IMG/VR virus record: IMGVR_UViG_3300020420_000671
Source: a virus
Taxonomy: Duplodnaviria > Caudoviricetes
Reading direction: 5' to 3' (one strand)
Length of the DNA: 64,000 nucleotides
The translations under genes and the position numbers were made by a program. Positions 56,662 to 64,000 of the stretch are shown piece after piece; positions within the stretch are counted from its first letter, which is position 1, and every line of letters begins with the position of its first letter. The notes under the pieces were generated by a model. That model made no database searches, was not told the origin of the DNA, and was given only the letters and a program-made list of their open reading frames with translations.

Positions 56662-57948
56662 ATGGCTGATAAAGATTACAAACCAGTTAAGACAAATAAA
56701 GTAGGCGGATCTCCATTTACAGGAGTGCTAGGTTGGGTAGACGATCGACTGCCAATATTTCGTATGTTCAAATATGAATATTTAGATTTCCAAGTGCCTA
56801 GAAGTTTAAATTACTTTTGGAGTTTTGGAGGCATCCTAATGTTCTGTTTACTAGGACTTATAATCACAGGACTTACATTAGGAATGCATTACAAGCCTGA
56901 TGCTGAAAAAGCCTTTTTAAGTGTAGAACATATAATGAGAGATGTAAATTTTGGATGGTTACTGAGATATCTACATATGAATCTTGCTTCATTCTTTTTC
57001 ATCGCAGTTTATCTACACATATTTAGAGCAATGTATTTTGGTTCATATAAAGATCCACGGCAAGTGATGTGGCTTATAGGGATCACCATATTCTTCTTAA
57101 TGATGGCCACTGCTTTCTTAGGATATACATTACCTTGGGGGCAAATGAGCTTATGGGGAGCAACAGTAATCACAAGTTTATTCGGAGCAATACCTCTTGT
57201 AGGAGAAACTATTGTCACTTGGTTATGGGGAGGATATGCGGTTGACGATCCAACTATTAATCGATTCTACGTATTACATTGGTTAATTGCTTTTATAATT
57301 TTAGGTGTTGTAGTATTACATGTTATAGCATTACACATTGTTGGATCTAATAATCCATCAGGTATAGAGCCAAAAGATACTAGAGACACAGTATCATTCC
57401 ATCCATACACAACTGCTAAAGATATGTTTGGCATGGCAGTATTTTTTACAATCTTTGCTATGTTTGTTTTCTTTGTTCCTAACATACTAGGACATCCAGA
57501 CAATTATATTCCTGCCAATCCAATGCAGACACCTGCTCATATTGTTCCTGAATGGTACTTCTTACCTTTCTATGCTATATTAAGAGCTATCCCTGACAAA
57601 CTAGGCGGCGTGATTGCTATGGTTAGTGCTATTGGAATACTTGCTTTGTTGCCTTGGTTAGATAGAAGTAAAGTAAGAAGTTGTATATTTAGACCTTTAC
57701 ATCGACAATGGTTTATCTTATTTGTTTTAAATTTTATGATGTTAACTTGGGTTGGTGCTATGCCAGCCGAAGGATATTACATAACTCTTGGAAGAATCGG
57801 AACAGCATATTGGTTCCTATATTTCCTTGTAATAGTGCCGTTGAATAGTGTCCTTGAAAAACCTAAACCTATGCCTAATTCGATCCATGAATATTTAGAT
57901 TGGAAAAAACAAGGCAAAATTAAATCAGTATTTTCATGGATGAAATAA
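56662..57948 (+). CDS. petB: cytochrome b of the cytochrome bc1 complex
   Basis: NYFWSFGG; four heme His in LH-x13-H pairs (RYLH..YLH; VLH..VLH); [13 protein letters not shown]; PEWY; Qi ALH and PY...KD; single 428-aa chain. Confidence 0.97.
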   Translation: MADKDYKPVKTNKVGGSPFTGVLGWVDDRLPIFRMFKYEYLDFQVPRSLNYFWSFGGILMFCLLGLIITGLTLGMHYKPDAEKAFLSVEHIMRDVNFGWLLRYLHMNLASFFFIAVYLHIFRAMYFGSYKDPRQVMWLIGITIFFLMMATAFLGYTLPWGQMSLWGATVITSLFGAIPLVGETIVTWLWGGYAVDDPTINRFYVLHWLIAFIILGVVVLHVIALHIVGSNNPSGIEPKDTRDTVSFHPYTTAKDMFGMAVFFTIFAMFVFFVPNILGHPDNYIPANPMQTPAHIVPEWYFLPFYAILRAIPDKLGGVIAMVSAIGILALLPWLDRSKVRSCIFRPLHRQWFILFVLNFMMLTWVGAMPAEGYYITLGRIGTAYWFLYFLVIVPLNSVLEKPKPMPNSIHEYLDWKKQGKIKSVFSWMK

Positions 57949-58124
57949 TGGAGGAAGATTATCCTGACACAATAATATATGTAGATTCAGAAAGAGTTTG
58001 GTGTATGGGAGAAGACATGGATCACCCTAAAGTTTATTATACTGTACCTGAAGAAGGTTTTGTAGTTTGTGGCTATTGTGATATAAAATTTATGCGAAAG
58101 AAAAAGGAAGATGATAATGAATAA
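57936..58124 (+). CDS. zf-CHCC zinc-finger protein (NDUFS6-like)
   Basis: VWC.G....HPKVYY.......VCGYC = C-H-C-C arrangement. Confidence 0.75.
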   Translation: MDEIMEEDYPDTIIYVDSERVWCMGEDMDHPKVYYTVPEEGFVVCGYCDIKFMRKKKEDDNE

Positions 58125-58347
58125 GCCTAACACAACTTTTAAATTATCAATAAGAGATGTAGAAGTAATAGAACAAGCTCTTAGAAACAAAGCAGGAAGA
58201 AGAGGCATGGCTATAGCACAGGGAGATACATCACCAGAACTGAAAGCTGAGATGTATGAGATCCAAGATGTGCTTGGTAGAATACATGAACAGAAAAATT
58301 TTTATGCCAAATTCAAAGACGGCAAAACTCCTTATGTGAGCGGATAA
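58111..58347 (+). CDS. hypothetical protein
   Basis: Overlap-coupled ORF. Confidence 0.6.
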   Translation: MIMNKPNTTFKLSIRDVEVIEQALRNKAGRRGMAIAQGDTSPELKAEMYEIQDVLGRIHEQKNFYAKFKDGKTPYVSG

Positions 58348-59126
58348 TGAGAATTATAGCAGGACCTTGTCAACACGAAAGTATTTTAGAATCATTTGAG
58401 ATAGCATCTCATTGTAGAAGGATTTGTAAAGATTTAGGATTTGATTACTATTTTAAAGCAAGTTTTGACAAAGCAAATAGAAGCAGTAAGGACGGTATAC
58501 GCGGAATAGGTTTTGATAAGACAATGAAGGACTTTTACCTTATCAAAGAAAAACACGGTAACACTCTTAAAATACTTACGGATGTTCATACAGTAGAACA
58601 AGTAGAATCTATTAACAAAAACCACAGTGATGTAATAGACGTTTTACAGATACCTGCCTTCTTATGTAGGCAAACAGATTTAGTACAGGCGGCTTGTGCT
58701 ACTGGTAAAATAGTAAATATTAAGAAAGGACAATTTCTTGCTCCTTGGGACATCAAAGGCATCTTGTCTAAAACAGACGGTGCTAAAGAAGTTTGGATAA
58801 CTGAAAGGGGAACTAGCTTTGGATACAATACACTTGTTGTTGACTTTACCGGTCTTGACTATATGCTTAACAATTACGATAATGATATTATTTTTGATGT
58901 TACACACTCGGTTCAAAAACCAGGTGGTTTGGGTGGATCATCTGGCGGAAACAGAGAATACGTTCCCGGACTTGCTAGAGCAGGATCGGCACTAGGAATC
59001 AAAAACTTCTTCTTAGAAGTACATCGTGATCCAGACAATGCTCCTAGTGATGGACCAAACATGTTACACTTAAAAGATTTCGAAAGGACGATAAATGAAA
59101 TCAAAAGCTATTCTTATACCGGCTAG
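58347..59126 (+). CDS. kdsA: Kdo 8-phosphate synthase
   Basis: IAGPC, FKASFDKANRSS, TDVH, QIPAFLCRQTDL, NIKKGQF, ERG, FDVTHS, EVH..PD.APSDG. Confidence 0.95.
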   Translation: MRIIAGPCQHESILESFEIASHCRRICKDLGFDYYFKASFDKANRSSKDGIRGIGFDKTMKDFYLIKEKHGNTLKILTDVHTVEQVESINKNHSDVIDVLQIPAFLCRQTDLVQAACATGKIVNIKKGQFLAPWDIKGILSKTDGAKEVWITERGTSFGYNTLVVDFTGLDYMLNNYDNDIIFDVTHSVQKPGGLGGSSGGNREYVPGLARAGSALGIKNFFLEVHRDPDNAPSDGPNMLHLKDFERTINEIKSYSYTG

Positions 59127-59787
59127 GTTACACAGCACAAGGTATACTAATAAAATGCTTGTTGAATTAGATGGCAAGCCAATGATTAAACGTGTGTATG
59201 ATGCTTGTATGTCAACAGGTTATGATACATTTGTAATCACGGATAGCATGGAAATATTTTCTTTGTTTAATTCTGAAAATTGTTGGATAGAAGAAAAGCC
59301 ATATGAGAATGGAACGGCAAGATGTGCCGGAGCTATTTCAAATAGGTTTTTCAAAGCATATAATACTTTTATAAATGTACAAGGTGACATGCCAGATGTT
59401 ACACCTGAAATGATTAATCAATGTGTAGAATGGTTAAAATATTATTCAGTAAGTACAGTCTACACAACAATGCGGAAAGAAGAACAAGACAGACCAGAAA
59501 GCGTCAAAATGGTACGTGCTGGTGACAAGGCTCTTTGGTTTGGTAGAGGCATGACTGGTTATGGTGATTGGCATCTGGGTGTGTATGGATATAGACGAGA
59601 TGCTTTAGAAATGTATCCAAACTTAGAGATCCCAATTGAAGAAGATGTTGAGAAACTAGAACAACTACGTTGGTTAAAGAATGGCTGGGATATTGGTTGT
59701 TCACATGTTGAATTCAACGGAACCGAAATCAATACAAAAGAAGATATACACGAATGGAATTACAAGAATGGATTACTAAATGGTTGA
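59095..59787 (+). CDS. kdsB: CMP-Kdo synthetase-like cytidylyltransferase
   Basis: IPAR..STR..K, INVQGD, HLGVYGYR, EKLEQLRWL..G..I; INTKED in place of VDTxED. Confidence 0.85.
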   Translation: MKSKAILIPARLHSTRYTNKMLVELDGKPMIKRVYDACMSTGYDTFVITDSMEIFSLFNSENCWIEEKPYENGTARCAGAISNRFFKAYNTFINVQGDMPDVTPEMINQCVEWLKYYSVSTVYTTMRKEEQDRPESVKMVRAGDKALWFGRGMTGYGDWHLGVYGYRRDALEMYPNLEIPIEEDVEKLEQLRWLKNGWDIGCSHVEFNGTEINTKEDIHEWNYKNGLLNG

Positions 59788-59812
59788 CATTGAGCCGTAT
59801 ATGTATTATAAT
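59784..59812 (+). promoter_or_regulatory. perfect sigma70 consensus promoter TTGACA-17-TATAAT
   Basis: Read directly; 5 nt before ATG 59818. Confidence 0.88.
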
Positions 59813-59817
59813 AAGCT

Positions 59818-60273
59818 ATGAGTAAATTACCATTAAAAGACATACTTGCGGCAATTGATATGGGAGCCAAAGAAGTTTGGGACGAACTATCTGATGATGA
59901 ACGCAAACAAGTAAGTTTTTATCTTTTGAACAGATATGTAAGTTCACAAAAAGGTAATAGAGATAAACAAGAATTAGCAGTATTCAAAACAAATGAATAC
60001 TACAACAAAAACTTTTTTAATTTACAAAAACATAAAAAATTATTATGGCAACTTATTTGTATGTCTGGTAACACAAAAAACATACAGTATCATGAGTGGA
60101 TAGGATACAAAAAGAAAAACGGATCCAACAGTAAAAATGTAAAGTTTTTAGAAAAGTTATTTCCTAATATGAAAAAAGATGAGGTTGAGTTACTTGCTAG
60201 AATATCTACAAAAAAAGAACTGTTTGCCCTTGGAGAAGCATACGGAATGGATAAGAAAAGTGTCGGTATCTAA
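59818..60273 (+). CDS. clamp-loader small subunit-like protein (gp62-like)
   Basis: LKDILAAID, FYLLNRYVS, NEYYN, H.KLLWQL, QYHEWI resemble the gp62-type pattern. Confidence 0.5.
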   Translation: MSKLPLKDILAAIDMGAKEVWDELSDDERKQVSFYLLNRYVSSQKGNRDKQELAVFKTNEYYNKNFFNLQKHKKLLWQLICMSGNTKNIQYHEWIGYKKKNGSNSKNVKFLEKLFPNMKKDEVELLARISTKKELFALGEAYGMDKKSVGI

Positions 60274-60946
60274 ACCATACAAGTGTGAATACTGTGGTGC
60301 TAGTTTTACTAGAGAAAAAACACTATCAGTTCATATGTGTGAAAAGAAACGTAGACACTTACAAAAAAATGAAAAGCATGTACAGTTAGGCTATTATGGA
60401 TTTACAAGATTCTATAGATTAAGTGCTGGTACAAAAAATGAAAAAACATATGAACAATTTTGTGACAGTCCATATTACAATGCTTTCGTAAAATTTGGTA
60501 GTTGGCTAAACAATGTAAAGCCCTTGTACATGGAAAAGTATATTGACTGGGTAGTGACATCAGGAGTAAAACTAGATCATTGGTGTAGAGACGAACTATA
60601 TGAAAAATACGTTAATGAATTTGTATTGAAAGAAAGTATGGAAACAGCAGTAGAAAGAACTATAGACACAATGATGAATTGGGGAGAAGAAAAGGAAGCT
60701 CCATGGAATGATTATTTCCGACATGCTACATTAAACAGAGTGACCAGAGATATCAAGGATGGAAAGATAAGTCCATGGCTTATGCTTAACTGTTCATCCG
60801 GCAAACAGATGCTATCTCAATTCAATGATGAACAACTTGAATTTGTGTATACTGTTGTTGACCCAAAACATTGGGCTATGAAATTTAGAAAGAAACAAGC
60901 AGACGTAGAGATTGTAAAAGAAGTTGCCAAGGAATCAAAATTATGA
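60260..60946 (+). CDS. C2H2-type zinc-finger hypothetical protein
   Basis: KPYKCEYCGASFTREKTLSVHMC; GTG start at 60260 preferred over 60179. Confidence 0.65.
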   Translation: MSVSKPYKCEYCGASFTREKTLSVHMCEKKRRHLQKNEKHVQLGYYGFTRFYRLSAGTKNEKTYEQFCDSPYYNAFVKFGSWLNNVKPLYMEKYIDWVVTSGVKLDHWCRDELYEKYVNEFVLKESMETAVERTIDTMMNWGEEKEAPWNDYFRHATLNRVTRDIKDGKISPWLMLNCSSGKQMLSQFNDEQLEFVYTVVDPKHWAMKFRKKQADVEIVKEVAKESKL

Positions 60947-61509
60947 AGACTCACTTATTAGGAAACACACATCAATGGATTATTGAAAGCCACTATGAAG
61001 ATAAAGAAGAATTTGACTTTCATTGGGATAAGAAAGTATTTCCTAGCGACACTAGAGAAGATGTGAGTGATCAAACTAGCACATATCGTGGTAAGCAATT
61101 TAACATACATCCTGATGCGTATGTTAACGAATGGAAATTCAAACCGCATTTACAGGAACAGATTGATAAGGTAGGGTTGCCTATTAAAATTACAGACTTG
61201 TGTGCGTTATGGATTATTGAATACAAAAAAGGTGGCTGGCAGAAAGCACACAGACATAGTGACCCAAATGTAAAAAAGTTAAGTGCTGTTGTATATCTGT
61301 CAGATGCTGATCCAGACCCAACAACATTCCACGGAGGTACATTTGCTTATCTTTATGATGGAGAAGGTAATACACATGACTTGTGTTATAAGCCTAACAG
61401 AGGAGATTTATTGATATTTAAAAGCACGGTATTACACGGATCATATCCTGTAAGGGATAACAAAAAGGTATTTGTGGTGGACTATTTCTATGAGGATAAG
61501 TATGTATAA
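60943..61509 (+). CDS. putative 2OG-Fe(II) oxygenase
   Basis: WIIEYKKGGWQKAHRH, LSAVVYL, RGDLLIFKSTVLHGSYP, KKVFVVD. Confidence 0.7.
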   Translation: MKTHLLGNTHQWIIESHYEDKEEFDFHWDKKVFPSDTREDVSDQTSTYRGKQFNIHPDAYVNEWKFKPHLQEQIDKVGLPIKITDLCALWIIEYKKGGWQKAHRHSDPNVKKLSAVVYLSDADPDPTTFHGGTFAYLYDGEGNTHDLCYKPNRGDLLIFKSTVLHGSYPVRDNKKVFVVDYFYEDKYV

Positions 61510-61780
61510 AGTAGTTAAAAATTTTGTAAAGGAAAGCTACAACAACAGTAAAGTTGCTTTCTTCTGTGAAATGGCAGAAGCTACATTCTTAATAAGTGCC
61601 AGTGCTATACTCACGTATACGGTTTTGGCTCCTGCTACAAAAATCTTTATCCCTTTATACTTCGTTGGAAGCATACTTGGGATAATTAGTGCTATAATAA
61701 GAAGAGCGGCATTTGTGATAGTTCTTTGTTCTTGGTTTACTATTATGAATGCTATTGCGTTATGGAGGTTGTTTATATGA
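61502..61780 (+). CDS. small membrane protein
   Basis: Three hydrophobic segments. Confidence 0.65.
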   Translation: MYKVVKNFVKESYNNSKVAFFCEMAEATFLISASAILTYTVLAPATKIFIPLYFVGSILGIISAIIRRAAFVIVLCSWFTIMNAIALWRLFI

Positions 61781-62283
61781 AACTAGATCTAATAAAGTCG
61801 CCAAATGAATGGCTACAAAAGAAAATAGAACCAATGGATCTTAACAATATACCCGAAAACATTGTTGAGATAAAAAATGAAATGGATCGGGTAATGAAAG
61901 AAAATAAGGGCATAGGGCTCAGTGCTAATCAGGTTGGGCTAGATTATAGACTGTTTATTTTCCATGCTGAAGCATTACAAAATATCAGTGCTGAAAGAGT
62001 AAACATGTGTATTAATCCAGAAGTAATTGAATTTATTGAACCTGAAGTAGAAATGTGGGAAGGTTGCCTTAGTTTTCCAAAAGTAAATCTTTTCGTTAAA
62101 AGACATTCAAAGATTAGAGCAACGTGGACTAATGAAAACGGAAAGAAGATGGACGAAAAACTTTATGGTTACGATGCTAGATGTTTTTTACATGAACTAG
62201 ATCATTTGAACGGCATTACATTCGATAATTATGTATCACCAATTGAATTTAAAAAGGCACAGGAGAAAGCACAGGCTGAATGA
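61777..62283 (+). CDS. def: peptide deformylase
   Basis: GIGLSANQVG, EGCLS, HELDH; SD GGAGG before ATG 61777. Confidence 0.95.
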   Translation: MKLDLIKSPNEWLQKKIEPMDLNNIPENIVEIKNEMDRVMKENKGIGLSANQVGLDYRLFIFHAEALQNISAERVNMCINPEVIEFIEPEVEMWEGCLSFPKVNLFVKRHSKIRATWTNENGKKMDEKLYGYDARCFLHELDHLNGITFDNYVSPIEFKKAQEKAQAE

Positions 62284-62444
62284 GTCAACTAACTGAAAAA
62301 CAAGTAAGAGCAGAATACAAGGAGCATAGAAAAGATCCAGTATTCGCTGAGTGTTGGCCTGATACTAATCGTGCGTTTTATGAATGGTGTGAAGGATATT
62401 TAGATTACAAGCATATAAAGGCAAAAGAAAATGATGAAGACTGA
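62280..62444 (+). CDS. hypothetical protein (54 aa, below ORF-track cut-off)
   Basis: ATGA overlap with def stop; MSQLTEKQVRAEYKEHRKDPVFAECWPD...; fills the gap to nth. Confidence 0.6.
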   Translation: MSQLTEKQVRAEYKEHRKDPVFAECWPDTNRAFYEWCEGYLDYKHIKAKENDED

Positions 62445-63114
62445 ACAACAAATTAAAACAATATACGAACGACTAGGTGATTATTGGCCAAAGTATTCTA
62501 ATAAAAAGCCGGCGGCAAAGATACACAAGGAATCCTATACAAGTCTAATTGGAGTTATGTTGTCAGCTCAAAGCCAAGATAAAAGAACAGCAATAGCTTG
62601 TAAACAACTTTTCTCGTTAGCTGATAATCCATATGACATGCTAAAACTTACACAAGAAGAAATAATAGAAGCTATCAAACCGGCGGGACTTTACAACGCA
62701 AAATCAAAAAACATTTTAGCCACTTCAAAGGTATTGATAGAGAAGTATGATGGTAAAGTTCCACAAACACAAAAAGAATTAATGTCCTTACCAGGAGTTG
62801 GAAGAAAGAGCAGTGACATAATGATGAGATTTGTTTGGGGTGCTCCTAACATAGCAGTAGATACTCATGTGTTTAGATTGCTGTGGAGATTGGGTTGGAC
62901 CAACACACTGGACGAAGGGAAGAGTGCTGTGATAGTGAATGATACAACCCCTGACAAATACAAGTATGCGGCTCACATGCAATTAATTACTCATGCTAAA
63001 AGGATATGTAAAAGTAAAAAGCCTAAATGTAATATTTGTGTAATAGATGATATGTGTGATAAAAGACATATTGATGTTCCAAAATCTAAATTAAGAGAAG
63101 TAGTGTATGCCTGA
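62431..63114 (+). CDS. nth: endonuclease III (HhH-GPD glycosylase with 4Fe-4S)
   Basis: LSAQSQD, LPGVGRKS (catalytic Lys), AVDTHV (Asp), C-x6-C-x2-C-x5-C. Confidence 0.92.
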   Translation: MMKTEQQIKTIYERLGDYWPKYSNKKPAAKIHKESYTSLIGVMLSAQSQDKRTAIACKQLFSLADNPYDMLKLTQEEIIEAIKPAGLYNAKSKNILATSKVLIEKYDGKVPQTQKELMSLPGVGRKSSDIMMRFVWGAPNIAVDTHVFRLLWRLGWTNTLDEGKSAVIVNDTTPDKYKYAAHMQLITHAKRICKSKKPKCNICVIDDMCDKRHIDVPKSKLREVVYA

Positions 63115-63697
63115 TATTGATATAGACTTTGCTGATAGAACTGAAGTGCTAGGAAAACTAAAGCATAGGATTGCTAGACTTGATGAAAAGAAAAAACACA
63201 ATACTGGTGTATATGTGACAGAGATTCCGCATAATCCAATTGATATGTTATCTACTATTGATTATGAATCAGCAGAAGACAGAGGATATTTTAAATTAGA
63301 TTTTCTAAATGTCAGCATCTATGAAAAGGTAAAAGATGAAGATCATCTTAAAGAACTAATGAATAAGGAACCGATATGGGAACTGTTAGAGACAAAAGAC
63401 TTTTGCGATCTGGTATTTCATGTATCAGGACATCACACACTAATCAAAAAATTAAAACCAAAGAACAAAGAACAACTGGCCGCTGTATTGGCTATCATAA
63501 GACCAGCAAAGAGACATCTTCAAGATAGTAACTGGGAAGATATCTTCAAGGAGGTTTGGGTAAAACCTAAAGAAGGATATTATTTTAAAAAAGCTCACGC
63601 AGTAGCATACGCCCATGCTATTGTTGTACACATGAATTTAATCTGCGAGGAACTTAATGGATTGGGAAGTAAAAGACTACAGAAAGAAACCGCCTAA
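63107..63697 (+). CDS. minimal DnaE/Pol III alpha-like nucleotidyltransferase (196 aa)
   Basis: PDIDIDF, KHNTGV, KLDFL, IIRP, YYFKKAHAVAY in DnaE order with thumb and most fingers missing. Confidence 0.8.
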   Translation: MPDIDIDFADRTEVLGKLKHRIARLDEKKKHNTGVYVTEIPHNPIDMLSTIDYESAEDRGYFKLDFLNVSIYEKVKDEDHLKELMNKEPIWELLETKDFCDLVFHVSGHHTLIKKLKPKNKEQLAAVLAIIRPAKRHLQDSNWEDIFKEVWVKPKEGYYFKKAHAVAYAHAIVVHMNLICEELNGLGSKRLQKETA

Positions 63698-63899
63698 AAA
63701 AGAAGTGGACTGGATAGACTGGCAAGTACCGAGAGAAATGGCAAGTCAGTATATATGGAGAATGATTTTCTGGGTTTTGCTGATGCCGTTAATTTTCTTC
63801 GGACAATTCTATGTTAACGCTTCTTACTTATTGATGCTAGTTTTTCTTGTAGACTATACTTCTTACCTACGTTGGAAGCAGGGCGATGATCAGCTTTAA
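63657..63899 (+). CDS. small membrane protein
   Basis: Hydrophobic C-terminal half; overlap-coupled. Confidence 0.5.
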   Translation: MDWEVKDYRKKPPKKEVDWIDWQVPREMASQYIWRMIFWVLLMPLIFFGQFYVNASYLLMLVFLVDYTSYLRWKQGDDQL

Positions 63900-64000
63900 A
63901 TCCTTTTTTACTACCGTCAGGATTGTATCCTAACCTCGTATATAGCTCGGCTATTTTACTTTTTATATTATGGACTCTTTCTTCTAGATTCATCTTGGCT

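Noticed and set aside
56662-57948. Qo-inhibitor resistance substitutions in the phage cytochrome b
   Set aside because: Positions equivalent to F129 (ATAFLGY) and G143 (WGATV) are wild type
56646-59787. petB-kdsAB stretch as host chromosomal contamination
   Set aside because: No petA/petC, genes are overlap-coupled with phage-type hypothetical ORFs, and the stretch is bracketed by uvsW and gp62-like genes; not fully excluded without read data
63107-63697. Calling the DnaE-like ORF a pseudogene or the main replicative polymerase
   Set aside because: Motifs from distant parts of DnaE are joined in one frame with catalytic residues kept, which is unlike decay; it is too small for processive replication, and no symbol dnaE is assigned
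63813-63992. Short minus-strand ORF (about 59 aa, MNLEERVHNIKSKIAELY...) at the window end
   Set aside because: Overlaps the 63657-63899 gene and its upstream context is outside the window; cannot be supported
1-64000. The many 60-150 aa antisense or alternate-frame ORFs in the track (e.g. 14937-15317, 23093-23554, 29320-29724, 31724-32176, 37478-37963)
   Set aside because: They lie wholly opposite well-supported genes, lack SD/promoters and family motifs, and are typical shadow ORFs
1-64000. CRISPR array, tRNA, rRNA, integrase or transposase
   Set aside because: No regularly spaced repeats; intergenic gaps are almost all too short and no cloverleaf or recombinase motif was recognised by eye (a tRNAscan run would be the proper check)
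1-64000. Stop-codon reassignment as seen in some large phages
   Set aside because: Genes are full-length in the standard code, and TAA, TAG and TGA all end genes at coupled junctions

Overview
64 kb of a low-GC (roughly one third G+C by eye), very gene-dense T4-related large myovirus genome (Caudoviricetes), standard genetic code. The phage core comprises tail-fibre/baseplate-like genes, gp15/gp14/gp13-like tail terminator and neck genes, dNMP kinase, an unusually long tail sheath, tail tube, gp4, small and large terminase, putative internal head proteins, gp32 SSB, UvsX, UvsY, UvsW and a gp62-like protein. Interleaved accessory cargo includes three flavin-dependent halogenase homologues, four 2OG-Fe(II) oxygenases, ADP-heptose enzymes (GmhB, HldE, HldD) with a GT9 heptosyltransferase-like gene, KdsA/KdsB with four KpsC/KpsS-like transferases, and a 12.5 kb glycosyltransferase/methyltransferase island. 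It also carries peptide deformylase, endonuclease III and a 196-aa minimal DnaE-like nucleotidyltransferase. The most striking gene is an intact stand-alone bc1-type cytochrome b, followed by a zf-CHCC (NDUFS6-like) gene, inside a phage operon. Two promoter classes are visible: near-consensus sigma70 promoters before replication operons and TAAATA late boxes before virion genes, several so close to the ATG that the mRNAs would be leaderless. The gp32 leader can fold as an H-type pseudoknot. No tRNA, rRNA, CRISPR array, integrase, portal or major capsid gene was recognised. A marine alphaproteobacterial host is an inference only. All family assignments come from motifs read by eye; no database search was run.
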